A stretch of 64,000 nucleotides of DNA, from the NCBI GenBank assembly GCA_001643675.2, contig LSRY02000007.1:930001-994000 (forward strand), in the 5' to 3' direction. Under the pieces are notes generated by a model. That model saw only the letters and a program-made list of their open reading frames with translations. It ran no database searches and was not told the DNA's origin. The translations under genes were made by a program, and so were the position numbers. This document shows, piece by piece, positions 1 to 13,329 of this stretch. This DNA is from Monocercomonoides exilis PA203 (lineage: Eukaryota > Protista > Preaxostyla). Each line of letters begins with the position of its first letter. The first letter of the stretch is position 1.

Positions 1-3000
1 CAGCTGCAGATGTGAATAGCATTCTTGTCAATCAACGATCTATTTGACCCATCGCTGATGTCGTCTGCGTAGAGCGGCTGGAGAAGCGTTAACATCAGCG
101 AGGCATGTGATGGTGAAGCTGAAAGATGAGGTGATAATGTGCGAAGCGGTGGAGATTGCGGAGAAGGGGCAGTCGGAGGCAGGGCTGAGGAGAAGGATAT
201 GGTTCTGTCTCCAGCAGCGATTGCGTTGGCAGTTCCAAACTGCGAGTTGATAGAGAGGAATGTGATGGGAATGAGGCCAAAGGCGTGTATCCAACGACAT
301 ACAGAGATTTTGTGGAAAGAATAAAACAAAACCAGATGAAGCTGGAAGAAGCAATTGCGCTGCTGATTGTGGAGGCGCTTGGGCTGAGTCGGCTGAGGTT
401 TGTGAAGGCGGAGACATGGATAGCGATTTTTTCAGAGAGTCGCCTGCAACAAATGCTGAATAATGCACTCACTTTGCGTGCCTGCTATGTAACATCGGAA
501 TTCGCGAGAAATAAGAATGTTACAGCAGGAAAAGAATATGAGTGTTTGATTATTTCTTTAATGAAAAGTCGAATTGAAATAACTGGAGATGTGGAGCAGT
601 TGTTAACATCAGTTGACCGTTTGACAATAATTGAGGAAAAAGACAAATTCGATGAAAAAGTTGAGGAAGAAACTTGCTATCTTTGCGCTGGGTGATAAGA
701 AGAATAGGAAGAGGAAGAAGAAGAGGAATGGGGAGGAGAGGTTGAGCGAAGGCAGAATAGCGGAGTGCTCGTTGTTGTTGAATCTGGTGGTGAGCTGAAG
801 AGAAGTGTTCTGGTTTAACAAGGCAGTCAACGAATGATGTGTGTGATTTGCAGATAAGCGGTTTGTGACTGTGCTGGACGAACTGAACATGCTGCTACCA
901 AGAAGTCTTACAGCTTCGTGAATCAACGAACGTTGATACAGCAGAAGCACAACACCGAAGAAGCAGTTGTTTCTGGAGCCGTGCGAGATTTTGGTTCTAT
1001 ATTCAACAGGAGGGTGGCATGGATGAAGCAGACCATTGAAGAAGACTTGGTAAACAAGTTTTGTGCGCTTTTTAGAACGTTTCAGGTACAAAGCAGAGGA
1101 GCGCGAGTTTGCTTGTCGTATCTGCATCGTCAGGAAGGAGCCGATTCAAACGCTTTGCATGCTTCTTGCAGCATATGCATATGCGATGCAATGACGTGGT
1201 AGCGCAGGTTGGAATGATACATGGATGATTGGGAAAATGCTATGTCAAAAACGGCGGAGTGTGTTGAAATGACATGGATACCAGAGAAGGAGCAGAAGCA
1301 GGTTATGAAAAGGAGATGCCGAGCAATTGCAAGTTGATAATGTGAGCTCATGCTTTTGTAAGTGTGTTTGATGACCCGTCTGATGCGTAGACGAAGATAA
1401 CACGGTTGCATGAGGGGAGGCAGGCAGAGATGCAGACATCAAAGGTGGAGTGGTCGTTCTTCAAGTTGGAAAAGAGGTTGGACACAGAAAAAGATAACTT
1501 CCATTTGTGGTTGAAGTCAGCAGCGTGGCTAAGGAATACAAAGGATTAAAAGTCTGTACTGATGCATCAGGTTGTGACGAAGAAGACTTGGAGGATTGAG
1601 GCAAGTTCAGATGCATGGGATACGATCTGTGTATGAGAAAGTGGAGGGATGATGGCAGACATGATGGAGAGAATAAGGAAGAAGATGATGATGAACATTG
1701 TGATAGGAGAGGGAACGGGAGCAGCGCCGAACTGGAGGAGAAGCGTTTCAGACTGGAAGAACATCAACTTTTAGGGGGTTTCAACAACAGTTGTGCTGAA
1801 CGAAGCACCAGGGGAATGGAAGAGGAGGCGTGTGGTTATTTCGACGTAAGTGATTGCAGGGAAGGGGCAGAGCATTACCGTAGTGACAACAGCCGATGAG
1901 AGCGAGGAAGCGAAGGTGATGGATGCGGATCAAGCTTGTGTCACGGAAGAAGGAAAATTGAGGGAAAAGAAGGAGGAGGAGGAGAAGGACGATTGAGTGA
2001 AATACGGCTGATGATTGTGTTTGACCCGAAGAAGCACGTTTTGCAGAAGATGCACTCGGCGCTGATTCTGCCAGAAAAAGTTCTGAGAAGCAGATGTTGG
2101 GAAGCAGAAGATGAGAAGGATGAAGAAAAGAAGGAAGAAAAGAAGGAACAGAAGGAGAAGGAGAAGGAGAAGGAGAAAATAAAATCATCGACATCAACAT
2201 CATCAAGATGTGAAAGTGAATGTTCCAGTTCAAATGGGAAGAAGACAGGAGGAGTGTCATTGAAGAAAGCATATCTTTCGAAATGTGTTGCGACGCGGAA
2301 GAAAAAAGATCTGTCGACATCTTCATATGAATGCTACAGTTGCTTTGGAGGAATTCTTCATCTGCTGAAGTGCGTGATGAAGGCGAAGACGAAGAAGAAT
2401 GAGGGAGATGAGGCAAAAGTGAGGGAATTTGATGTGTGGTGTAATGCGTTTGAGGAGCTGTACAAGTTGGTTGATGAGGATGAGGATGAAGATGAAGATG
2501 AAGATGAAGATGAAGATGAAGATGAAGATGAAGATGAAGATGAAGATGAAGATGAAGATGAAGATGAAGATGAAGATGAAGATGAAGATGAAGATGAAGA
2601 TGAAGATGAAGATGAAGATGAAGATGAAGATGAAGATGAAGATGAAGATGAAGATGAAGATGAAGATGAAGATGAAGATGAAGATGAAGATGAAGATGAA
2701 GATGAAGATGAAGATGAAGATGAAGATGAAGATGAAGATGAAGATGAAGATGAAGATGAAGATGAAGATGAAGATGAAGATGAAGAAGAAGATGAAGATG
2801 AAGATGAAGAAGAAATAGAAAGGGAAGAATGAGAAAGAGAAGGAGAAAACAATGGAGAAGAAGAGGAAGAAGAAGAATGTGCAGAAAATGTTGAAGATGA
2901 TCTATTTTCAAATTTTTGTATTTTTCTTTCATTTTTGTTGGACAAATTGGCAAAACAAGCATTTGAAAAATGAGAAGAAGAATTTTCAATGGAAGAAGGT

Positions 3001-5211
3001 TTGTTTGAGAGGAAGAGAGAAGAAGAAGAGAAAGAAGAAGGAGAAGAGAAGAAATTCCAAGAGTTTTGCGATCTAGACAGCGAATTTGCATATGAGCAGT
3101 TTCATGGTCTGATGTTCAAAAGTACATCGAAATACTTTGCGAAAGCGATTCGGCCTAGTTGAGCAAGCAAAAATAAGAAGATAATTAACCACTATTTTCA
3201 GGGCTCGTGCGATGTGGGGATGTTTGAGGAATACGCAGAGACAGCTTTGTGTGCTGGGCCGAATGCAGTGGAGCAAGTGCCTGTGCCGGCAAGACTGGTG
3301 GAGTTGGGGCAAAAGGCGAAGAAAAGAGGAGAAGGAAGAGGAGAAGGAAGAGGAGAAGAATTACTAAAGAGGAGTGTGAGGAAATGTGTGGCGCTTGTGG
3401 AGAATGTGAAAGTGAAGATGAAGAAGCAAGCGAGATATAAGAAAGAAGAGGAGAAGATGTTTGAGACAGTGCTTCGATCGGGATTGGATGTTGAGGGGTT
3501 GATTGAGGCAGAAGAAGAAGAAGAAAGAAGAAAGAGCAGTGTGAAAGGAGCATCGGCGCAAGCATTCAACGAAAGAGGGGTTTTGTCACAAGATAAAAGT
3601 ACATATCAGAACGATGGAAGTGAAGGTGATTTGAGTTTGCGTTTCGAATGAGACGGCAACGATAAAGCAAATGGAGCTTGTGCAGAATAAAGAAGGGATT
3701 CTGCCTGACATGCATAAGATTATTTTCAACGATGTGCAGCTGAGTGACATGCGCGCAATGGGCGGGTGAAACATTCGGAACAATGACGAGTTGAAGCTGA
3801 TGCTGTGTCTGCTTGGAGGTGCAACTGAAGCGAAATAGCAGATGAGGCAGACGAAGCAGATTGAAAGAGAGGTGAGGTTGAGTGGTAGAATGGCAATGTC
3901 GATGGTTGAGACGGCAGGAGCAGGTGCATTGGCAGTGCTGATGCTGAAAACGGTGATGCAATCGAATGCAATACAGAGAATGAGCAAGCAGGAGCGATGC
4001 CTCGAAAAGCATTTCAGATTGTCCACTCATTTTCAGCGGATGTACAGTTAAGTACTAAGATGTTATAGAATATGGAAGCAGAGAATGAGCGTTATGACTT
4101 TGCTTCTTCTTTTTGTGGCTCTTTTGCAGACGGTGGTGGAGGTGGTGTTGAGGAAGAAGAAGAGATAGCCAATTGTGAAGTTCCTGCAGGTGGAACATTC
4201 AAAGGAAGAGATGGAAAAATAATATTATCGCGCGAAGACTATTCTGACTGCTCCAATTGAGTGGAGACATTTCTATCTGGATAATGAGCGATATCTGCTT
4301 TGGGGAGTTGTAGAAGGGAAAGAATGTGATGTTTGAAGGTGCATGAAGGTTCTTCCTTTTGTGTCAGTGAATGTGATTGAAGGCACTGAAACGTTTACAT
4401 CAGCAGTGTTTGAAGCCGCACTGACAGATATTTGTGTGCGGCCGGTTTGTGTAGAAAAGGTATTTAAGACGATGAGATGAAGTGGAAGTTCTTCTATTTG
4501 AAGAATGAAAACAGCAGCTGTGCTGTTTGTGAAGGAGATGGAGTGGTTTGATGAAAAAAAGAAGTGAAAGAAAAGGAAAGAGAAAGAAAAGGATAAAGGC
4601 AATCGATAAAACACAGATCGATGTTGAACTTGCCAAGCAAATGCATGCACATGAAATCGGTAGTTGTGCAGGAGTTTGTATATGACGTGGGCTAAATGTG
4701 GGAAGTGAAAGAGGAAGGGTGGAAGGTGAGGAAGGATGTTGGATGGGAGAAGATGCGAGCAGGGTGTGTGTGTGTGCGATGCGGTTCTGACGAACACGAA
4801 GGAGGTGCAGAGGTCTGTGGAGGTGCTGATGCAAGTGCCAGGAGGGTCGTTTGTGCTGCAAAGGGGCAGTGCGACGAGGACACAGAGCGTTGTTCTGGGG
4901 GCGTATGGGACGCAGACGGTGTCGTATGTGTTCTATTTCCCGGAGGGTGGGGAGTTTGTGCACTATCCTTCACAAATGGCAATGCGAGGGCATTTGATGC
5001 ACTGCAGCCGAGAAGGACAAAGATACTTGTGGCAAAGCGCGCTACTGCACAGCCAGAGCGAAGAGATTGGGAGTATGTGTCGCAGGAGGCAGAGATAATA
5101 GTGTTGCTGGAGTTTCAGGAGAAGGAGAATCTCCTCAAAGCGGATGAAGAATTTTCAATGATAATGTTCCGGAGGGAGGAGAAGAGTATGTTTGAGAGTG
5201 TGATTGCGTGA
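1..5211 (+). pseudogene. Degenerate remnant of a large gene; the 3' part resembles the AbpF-like / large alpha-2-macroglobulin-like family (Dictyostelium AbpF, ciliate and Planctomycete homologues)
   Basis: The segment is GC-richer and purine-rich on +, with many short broken ORFs. Fragments in shifting frames (GVSLKKAYLSKCVA ~2250; PFVSVNVIEGTETFTSAVF ~4350; DAVLTNTKEVQRSVEVLMQVPGG..YGTQTVSYVFYFPEGGEFVHYP 4736-4970; DWEYVSQE ~5065) match my recollection of that family's C-terminal motifs in the right order. The 5' extent is uncertain. Confidence 0.5.
2473..2811 (+). repeat. (GATGAA)n hexamer tandem array, about 50 perfect copies, poly-(Asp-Glu) in one frame
   Basis: Directly visible in the sequence. 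Confidence 0.98.
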
Positions 5212-6474
5212 TGTTTCCTGCGTGTGAAAATGACTGTGACGAAAGCAGATGTGTGTGCACTACAGTGTTGCCCGTTCATCAATGTGCGGACTTTTGTGTT
5301 AGGGAAAGAGTGCCAAAAATGTGAATATGAAAAATCTTATATAAAATTAAATATAAAAGAAAAAAGTTTCAAACCATCGGTTATAATAATTATTATGTTT
5401 ATTTTAACTAGTAAAAGTCATATATGATTCCACAAAAATAGATATTCATTCTGAGTTTAAAGAAAATCCGAATGAATTCAAACATCTGCAATAGTCAGAA
5501 TTCTTGCTAATTCACAAAAAAGAATCGATGCACACTATGAAAATTTCATGAATCAGCAATTACAAAATAAACTGAAAAACGCTATCACATATTTATCATT
5601 AATTCTCAATTTTTAATTTTGATCAAAAAAGTTGATACATAATTTTTTGAAAAAAAAATATCTTCTCATAAAGAAGTTTGTTTTGAGCCTACTAACATCA
5701 CTGTGTAATTTTTATATTTTTATTTGTATTATGGAAACGGAGTGTTTTTTTTATTAACTTTCATGGGATTAATTTTTGATCTATAGCGACTTTTCAAAAA
5801 GAATTACCCATATCATTTAACAAAAAACATAACATCAAAAATTTCAACTTTTTCAATTTCAAAGTTTCTAAAAAAATTCAATTTTGAATATTATCTTTGA
5901 TATTTCAGCTCTTGGTGAATATTTTTTATTCAACGCAATTGAAACAAAAAAGGAAAATCACACCTTAACTCAAATGGGCATAATGAAACTTGAAGGACAT
6001 CAATGAAATTTTAAAATATTCATTTATTTTTATTATTCTGTTCTTTAAGTTAACAGTTTTATAAAGTATAGTTTATATGTCTGAAATAAATGGATTTATA
6101 GACAATGAAGGTTTTAAAAAAGTGAAAAAAATAGAAAACGATAAGAGAGTTGTAAACACACTTTATTTTTCATCCTCAAATTTTGTCTCTTTTTCGTAAT
6201 TCATACATGCACACGTTAGATGTCAATGCAGAAATACTATTTTAACATTCAGAAAAGCCTTATTTCGCGAGAATTATATATCTGAAAATTTCTGATCAAA
6301 GTGATCATAGGATCAATATTTTTTGTTTTTTAAATTAACTTACTCAATTTCAAGTTTTTTTGAAATTTTTTCATGCTTTCGTAACAAAGGGATTATAATT
6401 AACTTATATAACTTCTATTTTTTCTTAGAACGATTAAATTGTGAAAAATAACTGATGTGCTTTTAGTTGCAGTA

Positions 6475-8792
6475 TGCCCTCAAATGGTCATTGTCCGTCA
6501 ATTCCATTAAAAAAATTAAAGTTTCTTTTAAAAAAAATGAAAATATAGTTATTACCCAAAACTCAATTTTTTATCTTATCGTTTCTCTTTCCTTTTTTTA
6601 TGCAATGGAACAAAGGTTTTTCTTTGAATTTTTATTATTAAAACTTTAACTTTATTATGTGGTTATAGGCGTAGCTAGACATTTTCTTGATTCCGCTTTT
6701 AAAAATCTTTCAAATATTCTTCAATCCGTTTGTTCTTGTTTAAACAACGAATTAACTTATGAGAAATAGAAAGAAGAATCTTTAGAAAAAAAGAAAAACG
6801 AATTGTTGAATTCGTTAAGAATTCACGATAAGGAATCCATCGGATCAATAGTATATCAGTTTTTTATTGCTCGAAATCTTCAAATAAATGAACGAGTATA
6901 GGGAATTCATTATTTAGGTGAAAAGGAAGATTTCGAAAGGCATTTGATCGCATACTTGTATATTAAGAAGACTCTCGGCCTTATTGATAAATCAAACGAT
7001 AATGAAACAAGTCAAAACGAAATTAATGAATGCATTTACAAGTATGATTTGCTTGTAATTTCAAATATAACTCTTTCATTACCTTCTCAGGATTATTTTT
7101 ATTGCAAACTATCTGAACAATAAGTATTTAACTGTGTTTAAGAATCAAGCAATAAAACAATTCGGCGAAAGACAGATAAAAGCAATTGAAAATGGAGAAG
7201 AACATTTGGTTGGAAAAGATTTAAAATCTAAGTATTTTCAGTCAAATATAAACAAAGATACTTTAAATGAAGAAATAAACCGATTGTGCAATAAAGAAAA
7301 CATAATAAATCCTTTGAATTCAACTACAACAAATATTTCCAACCTGACAAATTCGACTGGGTTAGCAGCAATTTCTACGCCAACGCCATCACAAAATTCA
7401 TCACTTTTTGCATCAAAATCTTCATTGTCATTCTATCCAATCTCTCCTCTTTCATCGTCTCAAACCAGTCAGCTTTCTTCTGCTTCTCCTTCGGGCATTG
7501 AGGGGCAATTCTTGACACAAAAAATTTCGAAGCCAATAAATGTGTTGGAAAATGAGAAACCGCACGCATATGCAGATGCAAGACAAGCTTTGAATAATAT
7601 GCCAACCAGTTCATCTCCAGTACCTCACTTAAATTTATCTTCTTCATTTTCTCCTCAAAGTGTTCAACCACAGTACTATCCCATCCAGTCGCCTGTGCCT
7701 TCTAGTGGCTCGATTCCATTTCGTCAAATCACAAGGGAGCAATTCGAACAATTGTCACCTGAGGACAAGGCCAGATATGTATCCTCCTACCAACAATTGT
7801 GCGTGCAGCAAGCGAGCTGGTTTACTTGGCAACAGCAGCAATTTCAATTATATCCCCAAACGAATATATGGGGACAGCAAAATCCTTATGCTTCACAAAG
7901 TCCCGTTCCAATGAATTTTGCTGCGTCTTCAAGCGGCACAAATTCTTTGAGTAATTTTGATAATCAGGCTCATCCCCCTTTAAAAGGTCCAGATCGGTCT
8001 TCGCTTTTCACGGAGTACACAGGCATGCCTCACATTTTGCCTACGGACTATAAAGTTGTGCATACACAACAACAGAGCGGATCTCTTAATAGCAGAAATC
8101 TGCAAGAGCCACCATCTGCATTTTATCAAACACACAATGCTGTTATTGCTGCAAGTGCTCCGCCTCCAAAACTTCCAACTCAAAAAGACAACTCTCAAAC
8201 AAATTCATCGTCTTTTAAGTCATATCACACAGAAACGATATTTTCATCAGAAATCATGCCACAACCTGTTTACCACATCCCAGAGCCTTGTTTTGGTGCA
8301 CAGCCTGAAAAATACCTCGAACCATCACATTCAAAACCATCTCAACCCAATTATCAATTATCACCATCTGCTACCACTTCTGTTTCTCCTGCATCCCCAT
8401 CATCTTCACCATTACCGCAAGCAACCGCTTCGGTCCATCTTCAGTCATCTCCTCCGAATCTAACGCAAGGCCCGCCACCAACCGACCAGTTCAAGCCACT
8501 TTTTCCAAGCACATCTCCATTCACAATTGAATTCCACAAGCATAAAGATCTTCCGAAAGATGAAAAGTTAACTCAAAAGATGATTTATTTTTGGTACAAG
8601 ATATCAGAAATGTTTACCCCTGATTTGCTTGGTTCCTCCTTTTACCCTTCAATTTTTCAGAAATCTAAATTGCAAACGACAACTTCAGAAGATTCTGACA
8701 GAACTCCGAGACGTTATGAAAATATCTTTTTTAACGTTATAAAATTGCCGCGTGATGACATACCCGTAAATAAGGAAGATGACTCTATTTAA
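6475..8792 (+). CDS. Multi-exon protein with a helical N-terminal domain (possibly Vta1/LIP5-like) and a long Pro/Ser/Gln-rich tail
   Basis: Exons 6669-6727, 6770-6850, 6902-7041 and 7091-8792 join in frame through GT-AG introns. FFYAMEQ(G) at ~6600 and QIKAIENGE recall the Vta1 motifs RLYAMERG and KAIKEGE. The 5' exons need homopolymer indels to join, so the start is uncertain. No C-terminal VSL motif was recognised. Confidence 0.45.
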
Positions 8793-9015
8793 CTTCAGTG
8801 TTTTCCCAGTTAACTCAATGTTTTTTGTGAATTTTTTTTAGTAGAAAGATTCGTCTCATTTTATAATTTATTAGCATCTTATCATCGACAAGATATTTAT
8901 CCTTTTTGAGAATTTTTTCGTAACAATTATTTTGATCAGTCAGTTCCACAATTTGTCAAATTAATAAATAAAATCTTGAAAAACCTATTAATTTATCAAC
9001 AAATAACAAACATTT

Positions 9016-12000
9016 ATGCCCAATGAAATTCAAAATTCTTTGTTGGAAATCGCTTCAAAGAATATCAATCTTGGAACAATGCTATCGGAACTGAAATTGT
9101 TATTCGAAAGTAAAGATACTTTTCACCTTTCACAAAATTTATCACAATTTATAACTGAAGAAATTGCATCAAATGAAAAAGAAATAGCCTTTACATTTTT
9201 TCTTCTCTCATTGTACAAAGAATCTCCTTTGGAGCAGCATCCATTTTATCATGTTTTGAAAAATATTATTGAGTGCGATGCCAAGAACGAAAAAATGATC
9301 CCAGAATCACCAATATCTCGTTTCATTTTGTATGTTAATTACTTTGGCCTGGGAAGGGTGTGCATTTTTAATATATACACATAATTAACACAAAAATGCC
9401 TTATTCATATTAACTCATTAGGTTTCTCAATTAACCCCAAATGAAACTCTTCAGATGCTTGCAAATGACGACGTCATAATACCTAACTTTTCATTTATTC
9501 CAAATTCGCAAAAGAAAATTTGTAAGTCAAATGTCGTTGGACTTGATTTGTCTGAAAAGAAAATATCATCTCAAAGGGAAATCAACAGAAGGGAGTGGAT
9601 AAATTTGCGTTCTTCTAAAAAAATTTTAAAAGAGAGTTCTTTTCTCAATAGAAAAGAGGAACCGCTTTTCAATTCAACTTATTCTTCAGAAAATCAAAAA
9701 TCAAATAGCACTTCAACTCCTTATCATGAGAATAGACAAAATTCTTTTTGCTTTCAGGAGAAAAACTCTTTCCTACCAAAGGAAATGAACGACAGAATTC
9801 AAAAACATGATACGGCTACTATGTATTTCCCACTATTAACTCCCATTTCCGACGAAAGAATGGAAGAAAACAGTAAACTGAATATTTTACCAAGAGACTA
9901 CGATCTTAAAAGGAGATGCAAAAAATATCTTTTACAAAGGAGAAAAAGAATACATTCTCTGCATTCAGCAATTGATGAATATCAGAACGAGAAGTCTGAT
10001 GAAATCGATGATGAAGAAGATGATGAACTTGAGGAAGAAGAGGAAAAAGAAGCTGAAATTTATAAATTCAAACATATGCAAATGGAAGATGGGCATGATG
10101 CAAAAGAAGTTAAACAAAATGCATGCGAATGCAAAGGAAATAACAAAGAAATACAAGGAAAAATTGAAAAAGCAAATCAGATTTGCGAATTTCAAGAAGA
10201 CAAAAGCGGAAAAATGAGGACAGAGTATTTTAAATGTGACTCACAATCAGAAGATGAAAGAAAAGCAAACAGCATTTCAAGAAAAAATGAAAAAATTGAG
10301 GTATATTGCAGTGATTATACGGGTAATGTGGAAAGGGAAAAGGAACTTCGAGAATTAAATGAAAGTTCATTTTATTGTTCAGCTTTTAATCCTTCTCAGA
10401 AGGAGGATTCATTTCCTCCATTTCCTTGCGATAATTCATTTTACAATTTAAAGGTTTGCTTTTTTTCCTTTTTTCCTTTTTTTCACCCCAATCTCATTTT
10501 TGCATTTTGTTCTCTTTATTGCAATCTTCTTATGATTTTATCCATATAATGCCTAATTTTTAATTTTGATAAATTCTTCTGTCAATTTTCAAAATCAACA
10601 GGAGCGACAGTTGGGGTTAACAATTCAAGACAATCTATTTGGTTATGAAGGAAGTAATGATATTCAAAGCGATAAAAAAGCAAAGTCAGATATTCACAGA
10701 AATATTCTCAGCATTGATGCTCAGCCACTCAACACTTACAAATCGATCCAATCACCTCCTTCTTCAAAAGAATATGATTATTCTTCTTCCATTTTGTCTT
10801 CTTCTGCATCTGCATCTGCATCTTCATCTTCATCTACATCTTCATCTGCTTCCACCTATGCATCTTTCCCTGCATACTCTTCTTTTGTAGCAGAAACTCA
10901 ACACACACATAATGCTTACGTTCCATCCTTAATTTCACAACAGCAGAATCCAGCACATATCGTTTCAAATAGTTCACTTCCTTTTCCCTCTTATTCTACA
11001 AGTAAGACAACAACTGATCATCATTTCTGGGCATCTTCAAATCAACAACCGTCCATTGCATCTCAGCCTCCGTCGTTGCTCTTCCCTTCAAATGATTTTC
11101 CTCACCATGCAGAATCACATACTCAATTCACACTATTGCCCAAAGCAGCAAGCTCAAATGTGAGTTCTGCATTTTCATTTAATCTTTCACAAAATCCAAC
11201 TTCAGTGCCATTTCAGCTAACCCACAGTTCGCCTTTCCTCAAACAAAGCGTTGCATACCCCAAACTTGGTGAATCATCTCGACAATTTACAAATGTTTCT
11301 TCAAATACACAAATTCCATACAAACCATCACTTCCTACGACAAATGCGTTTGCTTTATCTCCTCAAGCGTTATCATCGCAGCAAAGTCCTTTGGACGGTT
11401 CATCTTCTTGTCAGCAAACAGGAATATCAGCGGATGGAAAAACTGCCGCTGGTTCGATACAACAGCAGCTACAAGAGATAATCAATGCTGCCTTCGAAAG
11501 ACCCCTTCCTCTTCGAGCTCTTCATCCTCTTCTAAACTTCTTTGCAGAAGGATCGCTTCTGAAAGATCTGCAATCACAACCCCAAAACTTACATGCACAT
11601 AACATTCCAAAGTCTGCCTCTTCTCCAACGCTGTCATTATCTTCTGAAGAGACCTGCTTTGCACCTTCGTCGTCATCGTCTCCATCATCATCATCTCCTT
11701 CTTCGATTTCTTCGACTCCTTCTTCTTCAGCTTTGAGCATCATGCCTTCAACAAGAGAACCCCTCAAAGCAGAGCCAGAAGGCGAGAAAGAGCGAGCCTT
11801 ATTGAATATACACGAGGCAGCAGTGGTTTGTGTCTGCTCGCTGTCGTGTGAAGAATACCAGAAACTGATTGCGCACAATCCACGTGTTGCACAAGGATCA
11901 GTGGATGTGTTGTTTAGTGATCTGAACATATACAAGTTGAGATTGAAGCATTGGGTATATTCAGGGCAGGACGAGGACAAGAAGCAAATGATTGAAAAAC

Positions 12001-12695
12001 TTAGGAATCATCACATTGGGCTTTCTTCACATGAGCACGTGTTAACAGTGGCAGACTGCTTACAGCAGACGATGAAGTGCTTTTTAACAGCAAATGTGCT
12101 CGATTTCGTGTTTGAGCTGTGCACGAGGCATCCTCTCCCATGCGATTACATTCAGAGTTTTCTGATTCACTGTGTCAATAGCGTGGCAGAATACGAAGAA
12201 CAAGAAGCTTCAGAAGCACAGGATTGGGAGCAAAGTCAGGAGCAACCAAAAAGCATCAACCTATCTTCAGTGCATATTTCTGGAAGTGGTACATCATCTT
12301 TTCCAGCTTCTTCTTCTTCTTCTTCTTCCTTTTCCTCATCAGCTCGGCAAGCATCTCTTCATCATTCGTTTGCTTCATCTTCCAAACCTCTTCGGATGGA
12401 TGTAGCTGGCGTTGTGCGTAGTATTTCTTTGTTTATTGGAGCTTTGCTGTCAAAAAAAATTATTGTGCTGTCGCCTAAATCCTCCTTGCATTCGCCAGAG
12501 GATGAACTGATTACAAGAATGGTGGGAGAGTGGTTCTTTGATGAAGGGAATCTGCTTGTGATGCTGGAGAAGTTTTCGTTGGAGCATGCATCAATTGATA
12601 CAACAAATCTGTATCAGACAATAAAGACGCTTCAAAGGAGCATTCATAATGAAAAGAAGAACTTAGTTGACGAAGTCAATACGCAAGCAGGCTGA
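9016..12695 (+). CDS. CNOT11: CCR4-NOT complex subunit 11 homologue, 3 exons (9016-9357, 9422-10453, 10602-12695), about 1155 aa
   Basis: Both introns are phase-0 GT-AG. N-terminal FFLLSLYKESPLEQHPF matches the CNOT11 LWEMYRTEPLAANPF motif. C-terminal blocks LIAHNPRVA, LPCDYIQSFLIHCV, VVRSISLFIGALLSKKII and LEKFSLEHASI..LYQTIKTL are collinear with the DUF2363 domain. Confidence 0.85.
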
Positions 12696-13329
12696 AGTGG
12701 AATATGATTTTTCATTATAATATTTTGCATTTTTTGTTTAAGAGCATTTCTATTTTTGGGAATAAAAAATAAATCGACAATTGATATTTTTTAAAAAGAA
12801 AGCATGTTGTTCAAATGTATATTTAGAAGATTCCTTAATGGAAAAAGAATATTTTCTAAAACAAATAAATTCAAATGAAAGCTGAGAATGTAAAAAAATC
12901 TCAAAAAGATGAAATAAAAAATAATAATTATAAATAAAGAACCTTTGAAGAAATGACTAGTTCAAAAGGTAAATGAAAAACAAGAAGAGAAATATGAAAA
13001 ATAATCAAATAAAAAATTTTGAAACTTTTATTTTAGCGATTATGAAAGAATTTTCTATTTTCACGTTATAAAAAAAATTAATTAATTAATTAATTGATAA
13101 AATAAAATAACATTAAATAAAAAAAATGAATCGGAAACAATAGCTATAATTGAAACAATAAATAATCCAGAAAAGGATTTTAAAAAATATATGATTAAAT
13201 AAAATATAACTAGTTCTCACGTTCAAAAAGAAGCAAAAAATTGTGATAGATTCCAGGAAGATTTCTTTGAAAAATAGAGGAGATTTGTAATTATTGGATA
13301 GCCTAAATTTCGTTCCATGGCCATTTCAA

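Noticed and set aside
2473-2811. CRISPR array or telomeric repeat
   Set aside because: There are no spacers, it is not a TTAGGG-type unit, and it is internal.
1781-3091. Poly-LH, poly-S and poly-MK ORFs
   Set aside because: They are alternative-frame and antisense readings of the (GATGAA)n array.
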